A stretch of 13,275 nt of DNA from Pseudomonadota bacterium (GTDB lineage: Bacteria > Bdellovibrionota_B > Oligoflexia > Oligoflexales > CAIMVM01), in contig JBAXBA010000093.1 in the NCBI GenBank assembly GCA_037142195.1, positions 1 through 13,275 on the forward strand, in the 5' to 3' direction. Below, one piece after another: positions 1 to 7,598 of the stretch. How positions within the stretch are numbered: position 1 is the first letter of the stretch; the number at the start of each line of letters is the position of its first letter. Below the pieces are notes generated by a model that saw nothing but the letters and a program-made list of their open reading frames with translations, did no database searches and had not been told where the DNA came from. The translations under genes were made by a program, and so were the position numbers.

Positions 1-59
1 TTTTTCCGCTTTTTTCCGCTTTTTTCCGCTTTTTTCCGCTTTTTTCCGCTTTTTTTTCC
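1..59. repeat. 10-bp tandem repeat (TTTTTTCCGC)n, 5 copies plus a partial, cut by the window edge
   Basis: CCGC at 6, 16, 26, 36 and 46, separated by T6 runs; ends in T8-CC at 50-59. Confidence 0.95.
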
Positions 60-674
60 AAAATTCTCTCATTTTACCACTCGCTTGAGCTATAAAAGGC
101 CTGTGGGGCAAGTCAAGTATACAAAAATCAGTTCTCATGTCCAGCAGAGGCCAAAGATTTGAAGGAAATCTCAAGCAGTAGCATACGGAAGCATCTATTT
201 TTTATTTTTTCTACATGCCCTCGTCTTTGACTAGTGCACAAACGATTGAGAACTTCATTTTTCCTCCTACTCTAAAATTGAGGCTGAATTTCTGTGTCCC
301 GAGTCAGGTTATAACAATCTTTCATTTAAAGAGTTCGGAGCTTAAGGAGGCTCGAATACCTCTGTCTTGATGACGCCTGGGCCAGTGCTCTTATCTAAAA
401 TTAAGGTTTCCTGGCTGATCGAAAAACGATATCTGCTCCGAAGAAAAGGAAGCGGAAGTGAAATCCATCTTGAAAGAGCTTGTTTGTTTTTTAGTCACGT
501 CTGTTTGTTTTCTTAGGATCTCCTGGGGAGGGAATCTCTGAAATCCGCCCTAGAGTCTCTTGCGGGTTCCTATTTGTACTAGTTTTTTAATGGGGAAGCT
601 TTAAACTGGCCATGAATCCCTTCAAAAGAAGCCGATTATGCATTAGGGTGAGAAGAACTTAGAGGAGTGACACT

Positions 675-1799
675 GTGGCGCAAGACAAAAGTCGACCTGA
701 ATTTGCTAATGAGTCCTATCCTGACGAAATTGATTTGGTGGATGTGTTTCGTTTTTTCTATAAGGAAAAATGGTTGCTTCTCGGAGGGGCGCTGCTAGGT
801 GGATTCATCGGTTTTGTCATAGTGAAAGCAAAGCCAGGTCAATATGAAACTAAGTTTACTGTGAAACAGGAATATACGGCGAGCTCGGCGGCCATACCCC
901 TAGAAAGACTCAATGCCACCCTCCAAGTGGTTACAGGTTCTCCCGACATGATTGCGGAGGCTCTTGAAAAAGTCGTACAAGAGTTTCCTGAGTTTGAGAA
1001 AGCTCTTTCAGAAAGAAACTTGAAAGTTTCAGAATTTGCACAGATCTTGGCTACTGCAAAACCTCAAGACCGTATTGTCAAATTGGAAGCTGGAACGTCA
1101 CCTAAATACTCGATTCTTTCCGTATCTCTTCCTTTTAAGGTTTTAGGGGAACAAGCACCGGCAATAGGTGTTTCCATACTCAATCATCTGGCCATGGTTT
1201 CCAATCAAGAAAAACTTGAGGAACAAAACCTAGAATCCCCCAAAAATCCTGGTGCCTCCCCTTCCGAGCATTCCCTAGCTATGGTTCGGTTTACGGAAGC
1301 TTCTGGAAAGCTCGGCGCTTTGGAAGCTAAGCTCTTTTCTGAAGCCTCCCCTCTTCTTCAAAATTATATTTCATCAGCTGGTTTTGCAGGGTCTACGTCA
1401 CCGTTAGAAGCACAGTTTGCTAGAATTCGATTTCTCCTGGGTATTAAGGCCGATAAAAACAAGGGAGATGCGAAAGCTGTTGCTGCAATCCAAAATGAAT
1501 TTTTAGAACTTCGAGAAAAAGTGTCATCGGCGCAAGTTACCTTAGACTTGGCAAATGAGGCCGAACGTGAGCTTATCAAAAAGAATTTGCAGGTGACTCC
1601 CAACGATACTCTTCCCCAATTCGTGAGCACTGCTAAATCACCTTCTGACTTGATTCAGTTTGAGGCACAGTCAAAGAAAGTAAATTTAGGACTTTTAGCA
1701 GGTATCTTTCTGGGCGGGATGCTGTCCTTTATGGGCATACTCACCAAAAGATTTTTGGGCGATAATTGGCAACGAATCATTGCAGCCGAGCCCAAATAA
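675..1799 (+). CDS. wzz: Wzz/FepE-like polysaccharide chain-length determinant (co-polymerase)
   Basis: N-terminal DEIDLVDVFRFFYKEKW then a TM helix, a central helical/coiled-coil region, and a C-terminal Gly-rich TM (LGLLAGIFLGGMLS). GTG start with RBS AGAGGAG at 661-667. No kinase domain. Confidence 0.8.
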   Translation: MAQDKSRPEFANESYPDEIDLVDVFRFFYKEKWLLLGGALLGGFIGFVIVKAKPGQYETKFTVKQEYTASSAAIPLERLNATLQVVTGSPDMIAEALEKVVQEFPEFEKALSERNLKVSEFAQILATAKPQDRIVKLEAGTSPKYSILSVSLPFKVLGEQAPAIGVSILNHLAMVSNQEKLEEQNLESPKNPGASPSEHSLAMVRFTEASGKLGALEAKLFSEASPLLQNYISSAGFAGSTSPLEAQFARIRFLLGIKADKNKGDAKAVAAIQNEFLELREKVSSAQVTLDLANEAERELIKKNLQVTPNDTLPQFVSTAKSPSDLIQFEAQSKKVNLGLLAGIFLGGMLSFMGILTKRFLGDNWQRIIAAEPK

Positions 1800-1893
1800 A
1801 CGACCTCTCTTTCTTGGTATGTGATTTCGAAATATTTCCCTCGAGAGAGACAAGGATAGGTTTCAATTTTTAAGTTTTAGCGGATGTGATTCT

Positions 1894-1924
1894 GGGCGGC
1901 TCCTTCTTTTAAGGGCGCCCTTTT
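1894..1924 (+). terminator. Possible intrinsic terminator after wzz
   Basis: GGGCG/CGCCC and TCCTT/AAGGG stems (2-nt bulge) followed by TTTT; the U-tract is short. Confidence 0.3.
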
Positions 1925-2024
1925 CCATACCATTTGTTGCCTTTTCCACGATATAAATAGCGGCTTAGGACTTCTTTTACGCGCGGATTAGTGGCTTCTA
2001 CGGAGTCTAGAAATTGGGGTCCGT

Positions 2025-2320
2025 GGGGCTGAAGCAGTCAACCGAAAACTTACTCAAACTTGATCATTTGTCTTATAACTACCGATAATTACTAGAGTGC
2101 CGATAGGTGTGTAAAAGGAGACTTTATGCATCTTTCCATAAGTGAGGCTTCCATTTATTTAGGGGTATCGTGCTGTACTTTATGGAGATGGGATAAGTCC
2201 AATAAGCTCAATCCAGATTCTCTGACTCCAGGCGAACACAGAAGATATTCTATTTCTAACTTAAAAAGCTTTTCGGGCGACGTCGCTGACGGTGAGAACA
2301 AAAAAGTCATTGCCTATGTG
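2025..2320 (+). mobile_element. IS607-family remnant: putative left end plus 5' part of tnpA
   Basis: The first ~64 codons of ORF 2126 read as an IS607 TnpA MerR-like HTH (SISEASIYLGVS..TLWRWD..TPGEHRRY) then KKVIAY, where TnpA continues YARVS. Degenerate 10-bp periodic repeats lie at 2041-2090. The left boundary is a guess. Confidence 0.6.
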
Positions 2321-2482
2321 AAGTCGTTAGATGATTTGAAGTCGCCACCAAACCTTCGCTTAGAAAGGTTGAAGGGTGACCTGGTCAATTTTTACAGCAT
2401 CCGTATTAATGACCAATGGAGAGTTGTATTTCTTTGGACTCCAAGCGGCCCGATGGAAGTGAAAATAGTGGACTATCACTAG
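2126..2482 (+). CDS. Chimeric ORF: IS607 TnpA HTH (aa 1-~64) fused in frame to the C-terminal ~54 aa of a HigB (RelE/ParE superfamily) toxin
   Basis: C-terminus SLDDLKSPPNLRLERLKGD..YSIRINDQWRVVF.W...VKIVDYH is typical HigB, and higA follows. RBS AAGGAG at 2115-2120. Junction at about 2318-2321. Confidence 0.8.
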   Translation: MHLSISEASIYLGVSCCTLWRWDKSNKLNPDSLTPGEHRRYSISNLKSFSGDVADGENKKVIAYVKSLDDLKSPPNLRLERLKGDLVNFYSIRINDQWRVVFLWTPSGPMEVKIVDYH

Positions 2483-2502
2483 TAGTGGAGAGGTGATTTT
2501 AT

Positions 2503-2802
2503 ATGAAAAAAATAGCTCGTAAGCCGACGACGCCTGGAGAAATTTTAAACGAAGAATTTTTGAAGCCAATGGAACTGACGCAAAAGGAATTGGCCGATCA
2601 CATCGGTGTGGATATTAAAGTAATCAACAGAATAATCAATGAACGCACGGGCGTTACGCCTATTGTAGCTCTAAAGCTAGGCTACGCTCTAAAAACCTCT
2701 CCAGAATTCTGGCTTAATGCCCAGACTTCCTTAGACCTTTACTACGCAGAGTTAAGCCTAATGAGTAGACCGAAACCCTTCATACCAAAGAAAACCGCGT
2801 AG
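2503..2802 (+). CDS. higA: HigA-family antitoxin (XRE HTH)
   Basis: PTTPGEILNEEFLKPMELTQKELA and TSPEFWLNAQ..DL motifs; lies downstream of the HigB part; RBS GGAGAGG at 2487-2493. Confidence 0.93.
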   Translation: MKKIARKPTTPGEILNEEFLKPMELTQKELADHIGVDIKVINRIINERTGVTPIVALKLGYALKTSPEFWLNAQTSLDLYYAELSLMSRPKPFIPKKTA

Positions 2803-2893
2803 ATTTTAGAGATAGACCCATGAAAGTATGACCCGTCTGATATTGATAATAGCTTCCATTCGAGATGCGTCAGGACTAAGGCTTAAAAAACGA

Positions 2894-3268
2894 TCAAGTG
2901 AGATGTTCTTCGCCGATGTCTAGAATGGCGCCTACTATGGTAAGTGTGTCCTTTAAAGTAGATTCTTGAATCTTGCCTAATTTCTTTGAAACTCTACTTT
3001 CTGCTAGGCATCGAATCTGAAAACAGTCGATACAAGATTCTTTTAATAGCCCAGTATCGACATCGGGGTAGGGAATAGAAACGAATAGTTTTTTGTTTCG
3101 AGTTCCTTTGTTAAAGTCTGTTATTGGCAAAACAATCAGAATGCCCCATGGATGCCCAGTTCCCACCAATACCAAACAAGGACGAGTTTTTCCTTTCTCG
3201 CCTCCTTGAGTGGGATCTAAATCAATGAGTACGATGTCACCGGGCTTTGTTGACAAAATCTTCTCCAT
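2894..3268 (-). CDS. mazF: PemK/MazF-family endoribonuclease toxin
   Basis: PGDIVLIDLDPTQGGEKGKTRPCLV, IVLPIT, LLKESCIDCFQIRCL..RV.KKLG motifs. Start is ATG 3268 or TTG 3256 (both have an RBS-like element); overlaps the antitoxin 3' end. Confidence 0.88.
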   Translation of the reverse strand: MEKILSTKPGDIVLIDLDPTQGGEKGKTRPCLVLVGTGHPWGILIVLPITDFNKGTRNKKLFVSIPYPDVDTGLLKESCIDCFQIRCLAESRVSKKLGKIQESTLKDTLTIVGAILDIGEEHLT

Positions 3269-3473
3269 CGAGAGCCTCAAAAACTAGATCTGAGTTGGCA
3301 TCAGCAATTTCTGCGAAGGCATCAGTTCGCCACTTCATTCGAAGTTGCTCTTTTTTTCTAAGTCGAAGATAGGCAATCGCTTCGTTAGCCAATTGGGTCT
3401 TTGTGGAGTAGCCCAGCTCTTTGTAATTCTTTATAAACTCTTCATTCTCAGGATCAAGTTGACCAAGATTCAT
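3237..3473 (-). CDS. Putative cognate antitoxin (RHH/CopG-like N-terminus, acidic tail)
   Basis: 78 aa, upstream of and overlapping mazF, strong RBS AGGAGGAG, LGYSTKTQLANEAI helix pattern, acidic C-terminus (FEALDGEDF). Confidence 0.75.
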   Translation of the reverse strand: MNLGQLDPENEEFIKNYKELGYSTKTQLANEAIAYLRLRKKEQLRMKWRTDAFAEIADANSDLVFEALDGEDFVNKAR

Positions 3474-3497
3474 GACTTTCTCCTCCTGCCAAATACC

Positions 3498-3526
3498 AAC
3501 ATATATACATTCGGATTTTTATGCAA
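3498..3526 (-). promoter_or_regulatory. Sigma70-like promoter for the antitoxin-mazF operon
   Basis: Minus strand TTGCAT (3526-3521), 17 nt, TATGTT (3503-3498), 24 nt before the start codon. Confidence 0.5.
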
Positions 3527-3531
3527 GAAAC

Positions 3532-3549
3532 TGAGCATAAAAATGCTCA
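3532..3549. promoter_or_regulatory. Perfect palindrome TGAGCAT-N4-ATGCTCA, candidate TA operator
   Basis: 7-bp arms 5 nt upstream of the predicted -35 box. Confidence 0.5.
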
Positions 3550-3907
3550 TAATAAAAAATACAATATAAGCGGGCAGTTGCAACTGGGGATGTGAGGCGA
3601 TTTTCTTGAAACTACGGGCTTGTGTTGGCCAAGGCCATTTCTATCTCAATTCAAAGACTAACCGGCCAAAAGATAAACTCCTCGCCCTAGAAATAGAGTT
3701 GGAGCAGGGACTCAAAGAGGATCGCACCTAGGCCTTAAAAGATCTTTTTAGTATCTTTTAAGGGCTACTTCAAAACCTGGAGTAGGCCGAGATATAGTCA
3801 GGAAAATTCCAACGTCTATGGGGATCGATGGCGCCATACTTAAAGAAATGCTCTCTGTGGTGATAGTTTTTCTTCATTCAGAAAAAGCGTCTATTTCCAC
3901 ACAGTAT

Positions 3908-5091
3908 TCAATTACAAATTTCCCCGGCCCAGAGTTTTTCGAGAAATTACCTAAATGGGAGCACTTCAATTTTGCCATCTATAAGACGGGGTCTGTCGCA
4001 AGTGCATACAATGATCTTCTTTCGGAGAGTAAGTTCCTCCTCCAATGCCAGCATACCTTTATAATCTTTGGCTGACGGGTTTGGTGTTCCTTTCGCTTCT
4101 ATGGCAACCCAGGAATCTGATAGATCTCGCACCAGAAAATCAACCTCAAATTGCGAAGTGCTGCGCCAATAGTACAGGCTATCGTTTCTTCTATTGTAGT
4201 CGAGGTAAGCTTTTATTTCTGTGTAAATGAGGTGCTCAAAAACAAGACCAAATTCAGGAGTTTTGGCAGAAAGTGATTTTCTACCGACCAAAAAGTTGGC
4301 CACGCCTATATCAAAGAGATAAAACTTTGCCGTAGTGATAGCTTTTCTTTTTGCTGTTTCTTTGTAGGCAGGTAACAAGCTTCCTATAAGCGTATCTTCA
4401 AGTACCTGGTAATACTCCCGCGCGGTCCGAGGAGGGACCTGCGCATCGTTAGCAATATCAGCAAAATTAAGTTGTTGCGCATTTTTTTTGGCAACCGTGT
4501 TCAAAAAACGCGAGAATCCGCCAAGCGAGCGGACGATGGCTTCCTGCTCAATTTCTTCCTTAAGATATAAAGAAACGTAGTCTTCCAAATCTGCCCAAGG
4601 ATTGGTAGAGGTCAAGATTTGTGGCAAGAATCCGTAGACCAAATTCGTAGTCAGATTTTTCTCGAAATCATCAAATCCATATTCTGCAGAAACAATGGGA
4701 TGAAAATGAACTCTCGACGCTCGGCCTCCAAGTAAATTGACCCCAGTCTTTTTTTTAGTTTTCTTGCGCTGCTGCCTGTTAATATAAACCGAATATCTTT
4801 ATACTCTTCGATAAGAAGATGGGTTTCATCGAGAAGTTCGGGGATCTTTTGAATTTCGTCGACCACAAAAAGCTTAATGTTTCTTTGTTTGTATGCAAAC
4901 TCAACTTCTTCGCCAAATTGTTTAGGATGGGACTTGAATTTTAGATATTCGGCGTGGCGTAGTAAATTCATGACGTAGGCATCTGGATAGATCGCCTTTA
5001 GAAACGTCGATTTCCCTTTCTGGCGCGGGCCAAATAGAAAAACACTCTTTCTTTCCAAGATTGAGGTGAGTTTAAGTATGCGATGATACTT
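3908..5091 (-). pseudogene. AAA_14/DUF4143-type ATPase pseudogene
   Basis: Walker A GPRQKGKST, Walker B FVVDEIQK, LTGSS, KFYLFDIG, FE, YWR...EVDF, IEAK. Frameshift in an 8-A run (4749-4756), in-frame TAA at 3949-3947 followed by FLEKLWAGEICN-TGA (3910-3908), and no ATG at the expected start. Confidence 0.85.
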
Positions 5092-5105
5092 CGGCTTCCC
5101 CTATT

Positions 5106-5168
5106 TGATGAGGATCAGCATCTCTGATGCCATTTATGATGATAATCGGCAACTATATTGCCGATTAT
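5106..5168. repeat. Two 31-bp degenerate tandem units; the second holds the perfect palindrome ATAATCGGCAA-N5-TTGCCGATTAT (5142-5168)
   Basis: 5106-5136 vs 5137-5167 match at 22/31 positions by manual alignment. Confidence 0.65.
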
Positions 5169-5351
5169 GATATTTCTCACTTGCCGAGGGCAGTTTTGCA
5201 TGAAGTTTTTGTAAAAAAGATAATTTTATCAGATAGTTGCTAACCTAGCTCAGGGCGTGGTGTTGGCAGCTTCCTTGGGCCTACGTTTTGCCTACCGAGG
5301 ACTATCATAATGAGAGTAGGGCTTAAGGCCCAACCTTATGCTCACCAAAAC

Positions 5352-5407
5352 TTGAATAATTTCATGTTTTTGCTATTAAAAAATTGAGTAATTTCATATT
5401 TGTGCTA
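5352..5407 (+). repeat. 24-bp direct repeat with 32-bp period upstream of the intact ATPase, overlapping a candidate promoter
   Basis: TTGAATAATTTCATGTTTTTGCTA (5352-5375) vs TTGAGTAATTTCATATTTGTGCTA (5384-5407), 21/24 identical. TTGAGT-N16-TACCAT (5406-5411) with an extended -10 TG. Confidence 0.75.
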
Positions 5408-5447
5408 CCATAAAGATGGCATTTTTAATAGAAGTAAGTAATTATAG

Positions 5448-6851
5448 GTGGTTATGGAGAGAATCCTCACAACCGAGCTAAATGTATGGGCAGCAAGCTC
5501 TTCCCGTAAGCCACTCATAGTCCTTGGGGCCCGACAGGTTGGCAAGACCTATCTTTTACGCGAATTTGGTCGACAAAAATTTTCGCGAGTTCATGAATTT
5601 AATTTTCAGTCGACACCGTCTCTTGGCAAAATTTTTGCGAGTGATCTGCAACCGCGTCAAATACTTCGAGAGCTTGAATTTGTTTCGAATCAAAGCATCG
5701 ATTCAGAAGGCAATGAGCTCATTTTCTTTGATGAAATTCAGGAGTGTCCGGAGGCATTGACTTCTCTAAAGTATTTTTGCGATGAGTTACCTGGTGTGCC
5801 GATTGCTGCAGCTGGTTCCTTGCTTGGCCTTCATTTGTCTTCAGCCGCCTTTCCCGTAGGTAAGGTAGAGATTCTCAATCTTTACCCTCTTTCTTTTGTG
5901 GAGTTTGTGGAAGCAAGCGGCTCGGCTCGAGAAATTTCGTCCTTGCGTGAAGCCATTCATGCTCCCTTCCGTATGTCCGAAGTCGCTCACCAACGATTTT
6001 GGAATCTATTTAAAAGTTATCTCATTACTGGGGGTTTGCCCGAGTCCGTGGCTACATGGCTGGAAAAGGGTGGCATCCAAGGAAGTCACAATGCGTTCTC
6101 TGCCTCTAGGCAAAAGCTTTCCGCTCTCATTACGGCATACTCCGCTGATATTGCAAAGCATGCCGGGAAGGTGAACGCTATGCATATCGACCGCGTTTGG
6201 AAGAGTGTGCCTCAACAACTTGCCAGTGTTTTAGATGATTCCACAAGCCGCTATAAGTTTAAAGATGTGGTTCCAGGAATTGCCTCCTATCGCGACCTAG
6301 CAGGGCCCATCGACTGGTTGTCAAAAGCAGGAATGGTCCTTCGCGTTCCTATTTGCCACTCCGCCCATTCGCCCATTTCTGCATATACCAAAGAGAACCT
6401 ATTTAAATTATACATGTTCGACTGCGGAGTTCTTGGAAGCATGCTTGCGATGCCCCCAGGATTGATTATGGATTTTGGATTTGGTACTTATAAGGGTTCT
6501 ATTGCGGAAAATTTTGTCGCCCAGGAATTACTTGCAACTCTTCGGTCACCAAGGGAAACTTCCACAAACCATGCCTGGAGTGAGGGTCGCGCCGAATTGG
6601 AATTCCTTCTTGACAGTGATTTTGGCGTCGTTCCCCTTGAAGTTAAGTCGGGCAGCAGAATTCGGGCGAAAAGTCTCAAAAGCTTTATGGACCGATACAA
6701 TCCCTCCATGTCCATCATCTTGTCCTCACGTCCTCCATCTCAAGTCCAGTCAGGAACTACAAGCTTGATCAATCTTCCCATCTATCTGGCCAGCGCCATT
6801 CGTGAGCAGATAGTGAGCTACAAAACTAAAGCAGACTTAAAGAAAATCTAG
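5448..6851 (+). CDS. AAA_14/DUF4143-type ATP-binding protein
   Basis: Walker A GARQVGKT, Walker B IFFDEIQE, AAGSLLG, LYPLSFVEF, GGLP, KLYMFDCG, ENFVAQEL, ELEF, PLEVKSG. The start may be ATG 5454. Confidence 0.9.
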   Translation: MVMERILTTELNVWAASSSRKPLIVLGARQVGKTYLLREFGRQKFSRVHEFNFQSTPSLGKIFASDLQPRQILRELEFVSNQSIDSEGNELIFFDEIQECPEALTSLKYFCDELPGVPIAAAGSLLGLHLSSAAFPVGKVEILNLYPLSFVEFVEASGSAREISSLREAIHAPFRMSEVAHQRFWNLFKSYLITGGLPESVATWLEKGGIQGSHNAFSASRQKLSALITAYSADIAKHAGKVNAMHIDRVWKSVPQQLASVLDDSTSRYKFKDVVPGIASYRDLAGPIDWLSKAGMVLRVPICHSAHSPISAYTKENLFKLYMFDCGVLGSMLAMPPGLIMDFGFGTYKGSIAENFVAQELLATLRSPRETSTNHAWSEGRAELEFLLDSDFGVVPLEVKSGSRIRAKSLKSFMDRYNPSMSIILSSRPPSQVQSGTTSLINLPIYLASAIREQIVSYKTKADLKKI

Positions 6852-7165
6852 GGAGCACGGGAGGTTTAAAATTCCTCCTCCGATTTGTGAATCAAGCCAA
6901 AGTCTCAAATTTGATTCGATGGAACACCAACACATCTAGTGTTCGGCAAGTTAAGATAATATGGTTTCCACTTGGACAGGCTCCTGTGGCTGGTCATAAG
7001 AGAGCTCATCCTCATTAGTCCAAGTTACTTTTAGGTAGTTACAAACTTGAGGTCTAAGTAAATTTCAAAAAAGCGGCAGAAAATACATTTTTTTTGCCTC
7101 CGCAATGTTTGGAATACCTGAACACATTGTTTGAATAGGATTGAACAGTCGCAAAATCGTAAGCG

Positions 7166-7211
7166 CGTAGCTATTGGTATTGAGGTTGCCAATAGCTACG
7201 ACATTTTTTTT
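7166..7211 (+). terminator. Strong hairpin with U-tract (intrinsic terminator-like)
   Basis: CGTAGCTATTGG (7166-7177) / CCAATAGCTACG (7189-7200), a perfect 12-bp stem, followed by ACA and T8. Confidence 0.65.
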
Positions 7212-7352
7212 CTGGAGTTATAATAAAGGCTATTGATTCATCTTAAATTTGGTTTAGTTACGCGCAGGCAAAAGCTTAGCTCAGAAGATCCCCATGGTTG
7301 TCTAAACCGAGGGAGCCTTTTTCTGATGCCTCTGGCGGTTGGCATGAAGCGG

Positions 7353-7598
7353 TCAAAAATTCTTTTCTAGTTCTCTAAATGAGATAGGTTCTTTTGAAAT
7401 TTTTTTGGTAATCATCGGATCGTTGATTTCCCCTATCATATTTGATGAAAGTAATACTGGCCCTTTAAAACCATATCCAGAGATAACATCTCGGAGCTCA
7501 GTGTCAAACACTGTATTTTTACCGAAATAATAGTCGGTGATTATGCAGAAGGTTTTATTCAATAGTCCTGGGTCGTGCTCTAATTTTTCCTTTATTTA
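7353..7598 (-). pseudogene. Out-of-frame C-terminal part of the kinase's second receiver domain
   Basis: The shifted frame reads KEKLEHDPGLLNKTFCIITDYYFG..VLLSSN..ISKEP, giving the phospho-Asp, Ser and Lys that complete the REC begun by IIVLDDD. Frameshift at about 7590-7598. Confidence 0.7.

Noticed and set aside
60..674. JUMPstart/ops element or small gene upstream of wzz
   Set aside because: No GGCGGTAG ops match on the + strand; the AAGGAGG at 344-350 has no start codon at a usable distance.
4749..4756. Programmed -1 frameshift at A_AAA_AAA
   Set aside because: It would restore the frame, but the additional nonsense codon and apparent lost start make decay the simpler explanation.
5236..5334. 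Integron attC sites (..TAAC/GTT.. and GCCCAAC motifs)
   Set aside because: The first is too short (~35 bp), the second has no complementary GTTRRRY partner, gene orientations are mixed and there is no integrase.
5106..5407. Repeats as a mini CRISPR array
   Set aside because: Only two degenerate units each, no spacer-length unique sequence, no cas genes.
1364..6768. Short alternative ORFs (1364-1630, 2360-2569, 3345-3569, 3818-4075, 4045-4230, 5524-5760, 5896-6174, 6006-6218, 6475-6768, 6488-6718)
   Set aside because: Shadow frames overlapping better-supported genes, with no recognisable motifs.
7166..7200. Retron msd-like hairpin
   Set aside because: No reverse transcriptase in the window; the U-tract fits a terminator.
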